From Eledone cirrhosa (Eukaryota), in NCBI GenBank assembly GCA_964016885.1, contig OZ024740.1, positions 410,874,001 to 410,938,000 on the forward strand: DNA of 64,000 bases. Reading direction: 5' to 3'. The notes under the pieces were generated by a model. That model had not been told where the DNA came from, did not search any database, and was given only the letters and a program-made list of their open reading frames with translations. Positions within the stretch are counted from its first letter, which is position 1; each line of letters starts with the position of its first letter. Shown here in pieces: positions 14,074 through 26,788 of the stretch. The translations under genes were made by a program, and so were the position numbers.

Positions 14074-15039
14074 AGAGAGGGGGGTAGAAAGAAAGAGAGA
14101 GAGAAAAAGAAAGAGAGGAAGGGAGATATTGATAGAAAGAGAGTGAGAGATAGAGAGAGGTAGGGGGAGAGGGAGACTGAGATAAATAAATGCACCATAA
14201 TGCGGCTGTTTGTTATTTCTTTATTGATAAAAGCTAGACTTATCAACACCCAATTCTGAAATGTAACTATATTGACATAGGCAATGAACCTCTTACATTT
14301 ATCTATTATAGATACACAATGAAATGTCTGTACATGAATTGAGACAGTGTAATTCCCTCCTGTATAAAATGAGATGGATAAAAACCATTTCCCCTAATGT
14401 CTAATTAGATGTTCTTTCATAAACGTGGTGGCCTAGTGTTAAGGGTATTACAATCATAATATCGCGGGTTCGATTCCTGGGCTGTGTTTTGTGTTGTGTT
14501 TCTGAGAAAAACACCTTATTTCACGTTCTTCGTGACAGTTATACACACTCCAAATGGACCCTCACATGTAGAGCTGGTTAGTCTTATGCCAAACCCAGTG
14601 CAATATTCAGGACCCGCTTGCCTCTATATAATGAAATTCTCCCACCTCCAGGTTATGCACTAACCACTTTCTACTTTCGGTTCTGAACCTCTGCCGTTTG
14701 GAAATTGCTCGTTGCTCAGCTTTTACTTGTAGGAGTAAATTTGTAGCAGTTTAAACAAAACACCAACGGCAGCAATCTCCATGATCTCTATTAATGCCAT
14801 GGTTACAGCCACCTTCTCCAGGCATAACATATAGGAAATAAGATCACAAAGGAAGTTAATATAGATATATATACAAAATATATACGAAAAATAATTTAAA
14901 TTGACACATTAAACTCTTTTGTGTGAAGCATGTGTTATAATTGAATTAGACGTGTAAATTGGTTTTTCTTGATGTTAAAGTCAGTTTTGTGTACGTATGT
15001 ATCATCATAATTACAACATGTAATTCACAGCTCTACATC

Positions 15040-15158
15040 TGAGTTCAAATCCCGCCGAGGTTAACTTTGCCTTTCATCCTTACGAGGTCGATAAAATAAA
15101 GTACCAGTAATACACTGGGATAATTGCTGGCCTTGTGCCAAAAAGTAGAAATAATAAT
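15040..15158 (+). mobile_element. tRNA-derived SINE (main family), 5'-truncated
   Basis: GAGTTCAAATCCCGCCGAGG...GGCCTTGTGCCAAAAAGTAGAAATAATAAT. Confidence 0.8.
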
Positions 15159-15484
15159 TACAACATGTATACATATTTAAAGGATGTTGTATCTCTCTTA
15201 TCTGACGACGTCTGTACCAGCTGGCTCAATCAATGGAAGTTTCTTCTGAAATTAACATATATGTGGAAGAGCGTTTTACAGACACGTACAGCCATAATGT
15301 AGTTCTTATGGTCAGTGTACGTGACACAGTGTGTGACCAAGCAGATCCTTTGAATTGCAGGCACAACCCATTTTTGCCAACTAAGTGAACTGAAGCGACG
15401 CAAAATAAAACAATTTGACACTCGATTCAGCTATCAATATCACACGACCATGTGATTGTCAGTTGAACACCCTAACCAATAAGC

Positions 15485-15566
<82 letters not shown>

Positions 15567-15635
15567 GAGAGACGCATATATATATATATTACTATATATA
15601 TATATATATACATTCATGCATACATACAGACATAC

Positions 15636-15703
<68 letters not shown>

Positions 15704-16402
15704 GTATGTCTGTATGTATGCATGAATGTATGCGTGTGGGCATGCTTGTGAAACCTGTGTATATACAAATAATATCCATTTAGAGGAAATAACCTGAGAA
15801 AGTATGATAGGTTTTCTATTAAAAATAATTAAAGAAATAAATTCAATAATGGCACCTCCATGTTAACTTCTATTTGCATATTTAATAAAAAATATCATCA
15901 AATCATATCGAGATATTTCCTTTTTTCTTTTAATAATGAAATAGTTAATGTATACTTAATTCAGTCTTTTGCCGTCACCTATCTACATGCAATATCTATA
16001 GTAATTAGTGTTTCAATATTATTAAATGATGACTGACTTTACACGTAATACAAAATGGTAAATGGAAAAAAAAAATGACTGCTTAGAAAATTGGTGATTC
16101 TGAAAATAAATTCCAGATTAAATCATTTGATTATCTATATAATTTTATCAAGTCACATTGTGGCACAATTTATTCTGTATCGTTGCATGCTCCGTCCAAA
16201 TACCCACATGTTCGTTATTTCGTCAGTACCTTTCTCTTTCTCTGTGTATATATATATACATTATATATAAATACGGAGTATGCAACGATACGGAATTAAA
16301 TATATATATATATATAGTAATAATAAATTTGAAGACTAAAATCCAAAGAGAGCTCGATAAGGATAAATATATATCAGATATATAAGAACCGTAGAGCAAA
16401 TA

Positions 16403-17432
16403 TTTATTAAAATAACAGATTAAAGTTTAAGCAAAGAATCGCTGCTTTCACCCTTAACGAGATCTTCTGAAACTAAAAAAGTCATTTTGAGAACGCAGAA
16501 GTAAATATTTCAAAAAATGTTGCAACCGAAGGAAGACAGGAAGACGATACTTTGGTTCGTAGAAACGTTCCACGGCAAAGAACAGAAAAAAAAACGAAGA
16601 TAATACGTCATTATTTGTAGCGGTGAGAACAATTACACACAAAGATAAAACTATGTTTATGGCATAAATGAAGTCGTATTCTATTAGGTGGTTCATGGAG
16701 ACGTTCTCTGGCAATGAACGGAAGAAACGAAGATAATACGTCATATGTGGAACGTGAGAACAATTACACGCAAAGACAAAACCACGTAAATGGTATAACT
16801 GAAGTCGTAGACTAAAATTCTGTTTAGGAAACCGAATGATTCTCGGCTTCAGAGTTAAGAATAAAGTAAATAAAATACAGAGGTAATTGAAATTAAATAT
16901 ATACATACACGCATCCAAATACGTACATACACAAGCATACGCGAAAACACTCGCCATGGGTATGCAAATACAAGCACGTACACAAAAAAAACCCGCACGC
17001 ACATACAGAACCCAGGCAACGCCTCTACCCGCACACGTATGGACGTATACACCAAATACACATAAAAATATATATTAAAAAAAATATATATATATGTGTG
17101 TGTGTGCGTGTATACATAATTAAATAAACGTATATAAATATACACACATATATGTACGTTCATTGCCAGAGAACGTCTCCATAAACCACCGAATAGAATA
17201 TTAGTCTACGACTTCATTTATACCATAAACGTGGTTTTGTCTTTGCGTGTAATTGTTTTCACCGTACCAAATAATGACGTATTATCTTCCTTGTTTTTCT
17301 GTTCTTTGCCAGGGAAAGTTTCAAGAACCAAAGTATCGTCTTGCTGTCTTCCTTCGGTTGCAACGTTTTTTTTTTAATATTTACTTCTGCGTTCACTGCG
17401 ATTCTTTGCTTAAACTTTAATCTGTTATTTTA

Positions 17433-17435
<3 letters not shown>
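16403..17435. repeat. Inverted-repeat element in a TA context
   Basis: ~16403-16720 is the reverse complement of ~17158-17435. The terminus TTATTAAAATAACAG recurs at ~23204 and ~58106. Confidence 0.8.
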
Positions 17436-17479
<44 letters not shown>

Positions 17480-17482
<3 letters not shown>

Positions 17483-17825
17483 TATAATTGAATATAAAAG
17501 ATAGGGATAAACACAGATATATACATATATGTGCTCAAATCGTAAGGGACCGGATTCGCTAGGGTGAAAAAATACTAACTATGGACAATAGGGTTTGACA
17601 GACTAAAGAATAAATCAAGAAAATAATACAAACCGACATTGGAGTAACTATCAGACTCCCAGACATCTTTTGGTGAAATTGTTTCGCAAATTAAGTGAAG
17701 AGAATTACCAGATCTTTTGCTCATTAGTGTGTAAAATTAGTAAACTCCTCACTTCTAATCTTACGATATGAACACATATGTGTATATCTGTGTTTATCTC
17801 TATCGTTTATATTCAATTATAGTAT
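17480..17825. repeat. Short inverted-repeat element with a decayed HHR-like motif in its spacer
   Basis: 17480-17546 is the reverse complement of 17760-17825. The minus strand at 17658-17732 reads CTAATGA-GCAAA..TTTGC-GAAAC..GTC. Confidence 0.65.
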
Positions 17826-18020
17826 ACAGCTCGGAAAAATCTCTTTCCTTGAGCTATTTAATTGTAAGAGATTATTTTGAGTTTCTAACTGAATATATAT
17901 ATTAGGGTAAATATTGATGCAATTCAATTCAAGCACTCGACGTACTTTTCCCACATAGGAGTGACGGAGTAAATATCGAATAAGGAAAAGCGAAGTAGTT
18001 TCAGATGTTCAAGTCCTTTA

Positions 18021-18211
18021 ATAATAATTGTTTCTACTTTAGGCACAAGGCCAGCAATTACCCTGTGCATTACTGGTACTTTATTTTATCGACCCCGTAA
18101 GGATGAAAGGCAAAGTCAACCTCGGCGGGATTTGAACTCAAATCGTAAAAGGACGTAACTATGCTGGAAAGCATGGCGTCCGACCCTCCACCGATACTGC
18201 CAATCCACCGC
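18021..18211 (-). mobile_element. tRNA-derived SINE (main family) inserted in the left palindrome arm
   Basis: Full SINE consensus. It is absent from the corresponding position of the right arm. Confidence 0.9.
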
Positions 18212-18736
18212 TAATGCTGTGATATATATTTCAATGGCGACACTGGCCACACTGTTCTGTGTGCGAGTGTCGTGTCATCATCAGACAGCTTGTTACGTAA
18301 TAAGGTTATGTTTCCGAGGCAATCCAAATTGAATCGACATGGGAACGGATGAAATGCGTGCTTTTGGGTTTATCCCCCGTTGAGTTGATGGTCAGTCGTA
18401 CTGTCCACGCTAGGTGAGAGGTAGTATTATGACCTGTAAAAACTAACACTCTCCCACCCACTCTGGCTTTCGACTGACTACCACAGTCGAGATGGGCAGC
18501 AGTAAACTATGGTACGGGCCATTGTGTAACTGAGAGGGTGAACTGACTAAGCGAATTTCGTTGAAATCTGCGGTAGCTAATGGTCAACTTCCTTCGGACA
18601 TGCGCACGCGCAGACCGGTGGGGGTGAATTGGTACTCACAGGATAACGGGTGATAAACCCAAAAGCACGCATTTCATCCGTTCCCATGTCGATTCGATTT
18701 GGATTGCCTCGGAAACATAAACTTATTATGTAACAA

Positions 18737-18810
18737 GCTGTCTGATGATGTCACGACACTCGCACACAGAACAGTGTGGCCAGTGTCGCCATTGAAATAT
18801 ATATCACAGC
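18737..18810 (+). ncRNA. Type I hammerhead ribozyme (family B); second intact copy on the minus strand at 18216-18289
   Basis: GCTGT-CTGATGA-[long stem II with CGACACT/AGTGTCG and CACAC/GTGTG]-GAAA-TATAT-ATC-ACAGC. Confidence 0.88.
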
Positions 18811-18856
18811 ATTATTATTAAAGCACTTGAACATCTGAAACTACTTCGGTTTTCCT

Positions 18857-18952
<96 letters not shown>

Positions 18953-18954
<2 letters not shown>

Positions 18955-19554
18955 CGTGACGAAAACATTTTCTCTCTTTCTCACATTTGGATTCGTTCCC
19001 GAAAGGTCTTTTTTCTAAGCGCTCATATATTCACCTAGCTTATGCTAACAGAATAACTATGAAGCTTGTTCCCTTCCTTCTACGGTTATCTCTCCTCTTT
19101 GTTGTTATCTTGTCTCACTCGCTTTACGCGTTTTAATTGTCCTAATAACTTAATTTAGTTATTGTTGCACCGACGTGAGGTATATTTTTTCTCTCTCTCT
19201 TACTGCTCCCTCGTTCTCTCTGTTTCTCCTACTTTCTTTCGCCCCCTCTGTCATGTCAGTTAACTCTTCCTCACACTTCCACTCACTCACTCACTGTTTC
19301 TCCTCTTCTCACTTCACCCCGTTCGTGACGAAAACATTTTCTCTCTTTCTCACATTTGGATTCGTTCCCGAAAGGTCTTTTTTCTAAGCGCTCATATATT
19401 CACCTAGCTTATGCTAACAGAATAACTATGAAGTGTGTTCCCTTCCTTCTACGGTTAGCTCTCCTCTTTGTTGTTATCTTGTCTCACTCGCTTTACGCGT
19501 TTTAATTGTCCTAATAACTTAATTTAGTTATTATTGCACCGACGTGAGGTATAT
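18953..19554. repeat. Direct repeat of ~230 bp (period ~369 bp)
   Basis: 18953-19185 is almost identical to 19322-19554. Confidence 0.9.
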
Positions 19555-19689
19555 GATTTTTAATGCAATGAAATATCTATGATCGTCGGCAAATCACTGA
19601 TGAGGGACTTATTTTATTACATGTTATCCATGTGCAACCTGCAGTATTCTTCTCCCCATTTTTTCACATATATATATATATATACATAT

Positions 19690-22171
19690 ATATATAAAGG
19701 GAAGATGGACATTGTTTGGTGTTCCGAAATTGCATGCTACACCGTTCATCCAATTTTCATGAAACCTCACACATATATAAAACTCAACGCGTAGAGTAGA
19801 ATAGGCTACTTGAAATTTTCGAAAAATCGATAATCGGGCCCTATGACAGAATGTTTTTCGATTCCAATGAAATTTCATGTGAATTCGAACACAAGAACTC
19901 TTAGTTTACATCTGGCGCAATAAACATAAATTTCATATGCCCATATAAGGACGTGCGTTATTGATTGGACGGCCAGCTGCATGTCTTCCCAGCTGTCTCA
20001 GTAAACGACAGACCATTAAAGAGTTTATCTTTTCATATTCCACCTTATTCAAGTGGAAATACTGTATTATCCCTATCTGAAAAGGGAACCAAATTTAATG
20101 GTGTCTTTTGTGATGCTAAAAGCTGTCAGTAAATTTTCAAACAGTCTTAAATAATCATGCTTTTTGAAAAAAAAAATTACTAAATAATACGTTGGCCAAT
20201 TTGTATTATACACATACAAAGTTGTAAAAAATGTTACTTCCGTACCAATGTTTTCCTTTTTTAAACAAAAGATTCTAAAAAATTACTTAATTTATAATAG
20301 TCTTTTGCACAGGAAGTGAGTAACTTTTCGGGTGTTTAAACGTAAGTTCACCAGGGTTTGTGTCTTCATTATTAGCCCACCTCTAATGGCAATTTTTGTT
20401 CTGCTTACGACTAAATGTTATGAGCGTATTTGCAATTAATTGCGCACACGTGCACACCTGCATGCAGATATCACTGACAGCCAATAAAAAAATCGATAAC
20501 TTGCTTATTAAGATATCGGTCAAAAAGAGAGATTGAATGTACTTTAGAACAATTTTTGAATATATTGTTCTTTTTGGCATGATATGTCAGAAATATAGCT
20601 ACTATACATTTTGGTTATTTTTTGTAACTAAAAAACGGTTCCTTTTGGGTGGATACTTAACGAGAAAAATCCTAGGGTTTTGGACAAGTTTGTTTCAGGC
20701 GCTGTATAGACGCCTATTTTGTCACACCTTGGTCATGAATTCGTATTCTTTTCCAATAGATATTTTCCGCTCTATAAGGCTCACTAGGATATAAGGCGTA
20801 TCATTTAAAATCAGGTCCGCGCAACGGCGTGTAAGGCCAACCAGGAAAATGCTATCTTCTTTACTTTTAGTCTAGATCTATTACTTCTGTTAGAGCCGTG
20901 ATTGATTACCATTGTATTATTTATACATAAGGCTCACCGGAGTATAAAGCGCAGAGCTGTTTTTTGATTAAATTTAATTATTTTAAGTGCAATTTATAGA
21001 CCGGAAAATTCGGTAAGTTATTGTAATCATATTTCCAAACCTTCCCATTCACCAGTAACCATGCTAACGAATCTGGTGTCATCTCTCTCTGTATTTAATC
21101 ACCTCTCTCTAACCTAACAGCTTCGTTACACGTCGTTATGCCCACACGGAAACGTTCAAGACTTACCTCCAAAAAAGGTACAGCTACTGCTTTGAGACAA
21201 CGAATTAGGCGTTCTCAAGTATGAGTTCATTCACAATTGATTAATCCTTTATGCAATATTCTCCCTTAATGTTAGCAAGTACTGCATTTATCCTAACTGT
21301 CAACACTTTTAAGCAACTACAACATTCTAATCGTAGTTATATTAAATTTATTGTCTTACCTTGATTCCCTTTTGTTCATGTTAGACTTTTCTCATTTACT
21401 ATTGACACTGCCATTGGCTTAGCTAACCAGTAGAATTAATTAATTTTCTCTAGGAAACACCTGCTGAGCGCGAATCTCGACTCGCTGATAGACGTCTTTC
21501 CCGGCTGGTTGAGTCACCAACATCACGTACGACAAGGCTTGCTGATGTTCGCCTTCGTCGCCAACAAGGGCTGACGGAGGAATCACCAACATCCCGTCAG
21601 ACGAGGCTTGAGGCTGTGGCAAAGGGCAATAACCCTAGATACAATTTTGATCAACTTTTTTTCACCTATAGCAAATTTACCGGGACAGGCTTTTAGCTAC
21701 TCAAATCTACTTCAGAGATCACGCATTGATGTAAAAAATCAATAAAACTGAAGGCAAAGTTACACATGGGAAAACCTTTTACAGGAACGTCCTATATTCT
21801 TGAAAACTGTCACAAAAGACTCGCCATTATGCCGCGGTTAAGATAAAGGCCCGTTTAATTCTTCTTCTGCACATGTGAGCGCAAAAATTGTAAAAAAAAA
21901 AACCCTGAAAGTAATCGACATTTTCACCCCACTTTAAATTAACTGAACATTCAATATCAAGCGATTTTGACTTCCGTCAGTCGTGCAGAGAACAATTTCA
22001 ACGATACACTGTGTAACTACAATTAATAAATTACACACCTGTGTCTACTAACCTATTTTTTTTCATTGAAGTTCGAAGTTTTGAACCTGTGATGCGCGGG
22101 AAGTAACTTTCACACATTCTAACAGACCAAAGGTCGACTTACCCCCGAGCAAGGCCGGGTACTTCTGGTAG
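19690..22171 (+). mobile_element. Probable non-autonomous Helitron-like element with nested inserts (boundaries uncertain)
   Basis: 5' TATATAAAG..CCGTTCATCCAATTTTCATGAAAC. 3' hairpin CCCGAGCAAGGCCGGG then GTAG|T, the same 3' motif as 63241-63269. Confidence 0.5.
20757..21015. mobile_element. pogo/Tc1-mariner-type MITE
   Basis: Imperfect TIRs TATTTTCCGCTCTATAAGGCTCAC / GTGCAATTTATAGACCGGAAAATTCGGTA, with internal repeats of ATAAGGCTCAC. Confidence 0.55.
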
Positions 22172-22174
22172 TTT

Positions 22175-22223
<49 letters not shown>

Positions 22224-22234
22224 TATATATATAT

Positions 22235-22435
22235 GTGAGAAAAACCACATACCCTCCATCTCAACTCACCTTTTGAAAAGCAAAAGAACTGCGAAACCGG
22301 TAAAGGAACCAAATAAATATATATATTTAAAAGAAAAATAAGACTCCAGTTGCATTTTCGATTTCATCTATTTTTCTTTATACATTGACTCGTGTAGGAC
22401 ACCTCGGTTATTTTTCAATATGTAAAAAAAACCTA
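22235..22435 (+). repeat. Solo PLE pseudo-LTR 3' segment (family C); further copies on the minus strand at 30383-30580, 35739-35945 and 36150-36295
   Basis: Four related ~150-200-bp copies, all bordered by (TA)n. The 36150 copy lies downstream of the minus-strand GIY-YIG ORF 37146-37661. Confidence 0.82.
22269..22306 (+). ncRNA. Minimal type I hammerhead ribozyme, U3-A8 core variant (family C)
   Basis: CCTT-TTGAAAA-GCA AAAGAAC TGC-GAAA-CCGG-TA-AAGG, followed by AATAAA at 22312. Confidence 0.75.
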
Positions 22436-22437
22436 AC

Positions 22438-22470
<33 letters not shown>

Positions 22471-23087
22471 AACATAAATTATCGAGATTCGCATTTCGGC
22501 CCACGAAATAACGAAAAACAACCTCCGAGATGTCTGGCAAGTGCTCAATGATTCAGATGAACCAGAGCTATAACAAACGTTAAAAGCCAAACACTCTGAG
22601 ACGATGGTTAAACAATCATTCGCATAACCAAAAGAAAAGACGATCAAGTAATTCGGGTGTTGAAAATTTATCCGGACCCCTGGAAGGTTGGTAAAATCCA
22701 GTATTTGGGTTTCTGCGGCTCCTAAATCAAGTACCGTCCGCTTACATAAATAATGTCAGGCTTCTGGTAAGATGATTGAACAAGGAAGCCACTTTCTCAA
22801 CATGTTTTAGTTCAATGTTAAAACAAGGACTGACTGTTGCTGACTCCACGTAGGGATCGGCAAGGGAGGCAACCCTTATATCAGGCGAATGAATTCAGTT
22901 GTGTATATTTTTGCTAGAATGCAAAAACATCACAAATCGAATAGAGTTCTCAACAGAAGGGTTAAAATTAACATAAGCTATTCATCAGTCAATAGAATCA
23001 ACTAAAATATCAAGAAAATATATATATATATATACATATATAAATATAAATATATATATGTATATATATATATATATATAAACATAA

Positions 23088-23204
<117 letters not shown>

Positions 23205-23289
23205 TATTAAAATAACAGATTAAAGTTTAGTCTTCAATTTTATTATTATTACTATATATATATATATAAATATATATATATTTAAATAT

Positions 23290-23370
<81 letters not shown>

Positions 23371-23380
<10 letters not shown>

Positions 23381-23846
23381 TGTATATATAGTGCATTTTG
23401 CAATACACTTTATGCTTAATTAAAAGCATTTTGAAGACCTTATGCTATTGTTTTAGAGTAGTGACAGACTCACTTACTTTAATTTCAGCAAACAGGGGGA
23501 GATAAAGCTGACAAGGCCTTGTTTCTGCATTTATTGATGCTTATCAAAGCCAACTACTCCTCCCGTCTGCTGAAATCACGGATGTTTGGTTCTTATAGAA
23601 TTCTAGTAAATAATCAGGAACTGATTATACAGAGCGGTTGCCGGTCAAGCAGAAATAAAAAATTAGAATTGGTGCTCTGAAATAGCAATATATATATGAA
23701 TGTATATATAGTGTATTTTGCAATACACTTTATGCTTAATTAAAAGCATTTTGATGACCTTATGCTATTGTTTTAGAGTAGTGATAGACTCACTTACTTT
23801 AATTTCAGCAAACAGGGGGATATAAAGCTGACAAGGCCTTGTTTCT
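23371..23846. repeat. Direct repeat of ~155 bp (period 320 bp)
   Basis: 23371-23526 is almost identical to 23691-23846. Confidence 0.88.
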
Positions 23847-24757
23847 TGTGCTTATGTGTGTATGCGTTCTGTATATGTATACGAGCGCCTCCGTATGTGT
23901 GCGTGTGTACGTATATATATGTGTGTGTATGTGTGTTTTTATATCTATGTTTTTATATATATGTTTTTTTTATATTCTTATTTTTACGTGTGTGTGTATG
24001 CGGGTGAATGTATGTGAATATGTATGTATATGTGTATATATGTATATGTATGTATGGGTGTGTATGTGTATATATATATTGTCACGTATGTACGTGTGAT
24101 TAGATATACATGGGTCGATATATATATATATATATATATGACTCGTGTGTATGTATGTACGCATGCATGCGTTTTTGTCTGTACGTATTTGTGTGTATAA
24201 ATATTTTTTTATAGATATATCTTTTTTATAGATATATGTGTATGTACGTGCGTACCTTGTTTGTTTTCTTTTCTCTAATGTTAATTGATTACTTTCTCTT
24301 TGATTTAAAAATCTTTTTCTTTCTCATATATTGTTTCATTTTTATACATATATCGAGAATGACACTTCTTTTTACTATTACACTCCCTTGTCTCTTTATC
24401 TTCCGCATATAAGTGACCGCGCGTGTGTGTGTGTGTGTTTATACGCGTGCTTTCATACTCGTATGTGTATTTAATACCGGTCTCTGGATGCGTGTCAATT
24501 ATATTGTCATTTTCTTTTTCAACTCATATTATATACGTATTTGTGGTCACATATATACAAATATACTTGCCCTCATATATGTACTTACGCACACATCTTC
24601 ACCATACACATGCATTTGTACATACACACATATGTACATTTGTGAGTGTATATACATATATATACACATACCCTAACTATATTTCCTTATATTTTTTATA
24701 TATTTTTTGCATTTCTTGAGGAGACTTTCCAAATATTTCACTATGTTTTATATTGCC

Positions 24758-24830
24758 TTGTCCGACGAACGAATGAGGACGTTTTTCGTATTCGTCTTAT
24801 TCGGGAAACCTCTGGTAATGAGGTAATTAT
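24758..24830 (+). ncRNA. Decayed hammerhead-like motif (family H)
   Basis: CCGACGA-[CGAATGAGGACG/CGTCTTATTCG]-GAAA-CCTC-TGGTAAT-GAGG-TA. The core has U4>C and stem I is weak. Confidence 0.55.
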
Positions 24831-25007
24831 ATTGTATTGTTTATTATACATTAAATTTTGCTCTGGTACTTACATAGAGCACTCTTCACTCCTATGACTT
24901 TTTCAATTTTCAACGGAAACTTCAATATATATATATCAACTTTTCAAATACAAGTCGATGTTGTACGGTATGTCAAATCTATTTATCTATAAAACTGTTT
25001 ATATTGT

Positions 25008-25071
25008 ATTTTGTCTGAGGAAGGCATAGCATATTGTTAATATGATATCCCTGAAATATATATAATGAAAT
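25008..25071 (+). ncRNA. Minimal type I hammerhead ribozyme (family D)
   Basis: ATTTTGT-CTGAGGA-[AGGCATAGCATATT GTT AATATGATATCCCT]-GAAA-TATAT-ATA-ATGAAAT. AATAAA at 25069, then (TA)n. Confidence 0.72.
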
Positions 25072-25112
25072 AAATATGGTTTTATAAATATAGTTTCCAT
25101 TTATTTAATATC

Positions 25113-25189
<77 letters not shown>

Positions 25190-26788
25190 TATGTAGGAGG
25201 TGAGTTTTATTGTAGTACAATAAAGCAATACAGATATCGGATAAGTAGCACTCTACAGTTTGTAGGACTGTAGTATAAATAATATATAAGATCAAAAGAT
25301 GGTTAAAAGAGTTCCATTTCAAAAACAAATATCATCATGCGATGACATTTGCGTTTTCGTCGGATGAAATAGGAAGACATGATATGAAGGTTAAAAAACA
25401 CTTGTGAATATTGCAGTTTTAAATCAACATATGAAAAGTAGTTTTAGATTGATGTGTGATATTGGGAAAAAAATGAGGGGTGAGGTGGAAAGGATGAAAA
25501 AGAGGAGGAGATGAGAGTAAAGAATGGAGGAGGGGGGGAGTATAATAAGGAAGGATGAGATAGGAGGAGAGATGGGTGATAGAGAGAGAGATAGCTTTTA
25601 TAACTGAGAAAAATATATTGTTTTACAGAGAGAGGTTAAAAAACCGTTGGAAGATAATATATAAATTAAAAGAATTTGAAAATTAACGAAGAGAAAAATT
25701 TAAGAATAATGTTAAATTAAGGTTTGTATATTGAAGGGTTTAAGAATATGTGTGATGAAAAGAAATTGTTAATATGTATTAAGAATAATATTAAGTTAAG
25801 GTTTGAATATTGAAGGGTTTAATAATATGTGCGAAGGAAAGAAATTCTTGATATGTATTATTAAAAATAAAAAATAGTAATGTATTTAAGGATATATTAT
25901 GAAAAGAAGTAGAAGAGTGGATGAATTATGAATTTAGATGAATTAGTTAGTGTTTAAGTATGTTTTTATGTAAAGTAATATGTATGTGTAATATATGTAA
26001 ATAGTTTGTTTACAAATGAGCGCAGAAAGCAAAGAAGGGGATAGTGTTTAAGGAGAAGACCTTAACATCAAAATATGTATGTTTATGAAGTATTTCCTAA
26101 TGGTAATAATATAATGTAATAAAGGAGGTTAGTTATGGTTTAAGTTTGTTTTTATGTGTTGTGATGTGTAAGTTAGACGAGCATGAAAGGGAGAACAAAA
26201 AAATGAATTGAGGATGAATAATCTAACGTAAAAAAAAATGTTTATGTTTGCGAAGGATTTTTCAAGGTGATACTATAAAGTATTTAAAAGGGTAATAGTA
26301 AGTTTTATGGCCAGTGATAGGATGGAAGAAGGAAGAGTGGATATATTGTGGTGAGTAATAATGAAAATTGAGAAGTATCTAGGAAGAAAAGGTACAGAGT
26401 AGAGGTTAGAAATTAAAAGCAAAAAGGAAAAAGGAAGAAAGGACTTCCCTTTCTTCCTTTTTCCTTTTTGCGATATTTTTTCATAAGTTCCTTAAGGATA
26501 AGGTTGTTATAGTTATCCTTAGATATACCGTATAAATTATTTGTTTTGTCGGAGTGGACTAAAACATTTTTTGAGGAATTTAGGTTTAAAATCGTGTTCT
26601 TGAGATTTACAAGGTGCTCTTGTCCTCTGTAAGGGTTTCTCTTGAATTTAAGATTGTTTATAATGTTAGTTAACTCCTCCTCGAATTGCACTAGATTTTT
26701 GTTGGAAGGGGGATTGCTTCTAGGATTAAATAAATGATCGAGAAAGTTATGTTCCTTGGTATAGAAGTTTCACATTTTCTTCTACAAC

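Larger units (their letters stand above)
17979..18860. repeat. Palindromic element with an HHR in each arm; left arm interrupted by a SINE
   Basis: 17979-18027 plus 18213-18380 is the reverse complement of ~18646-18860. Confidence 0.88.

Noticed and set aside
16435-16480. Minus-strand CAGAAGA..GAAA motif as an HHR
   Set aside because: The core is mutated and there is no convincing stem I or stem III.
23670-23760. Type II hammerhead (GAAA..hairpin..TTGATGA)
   Set aside because: Stem I is not adjacent to the putative cleavage site and stem II cannot be closed.
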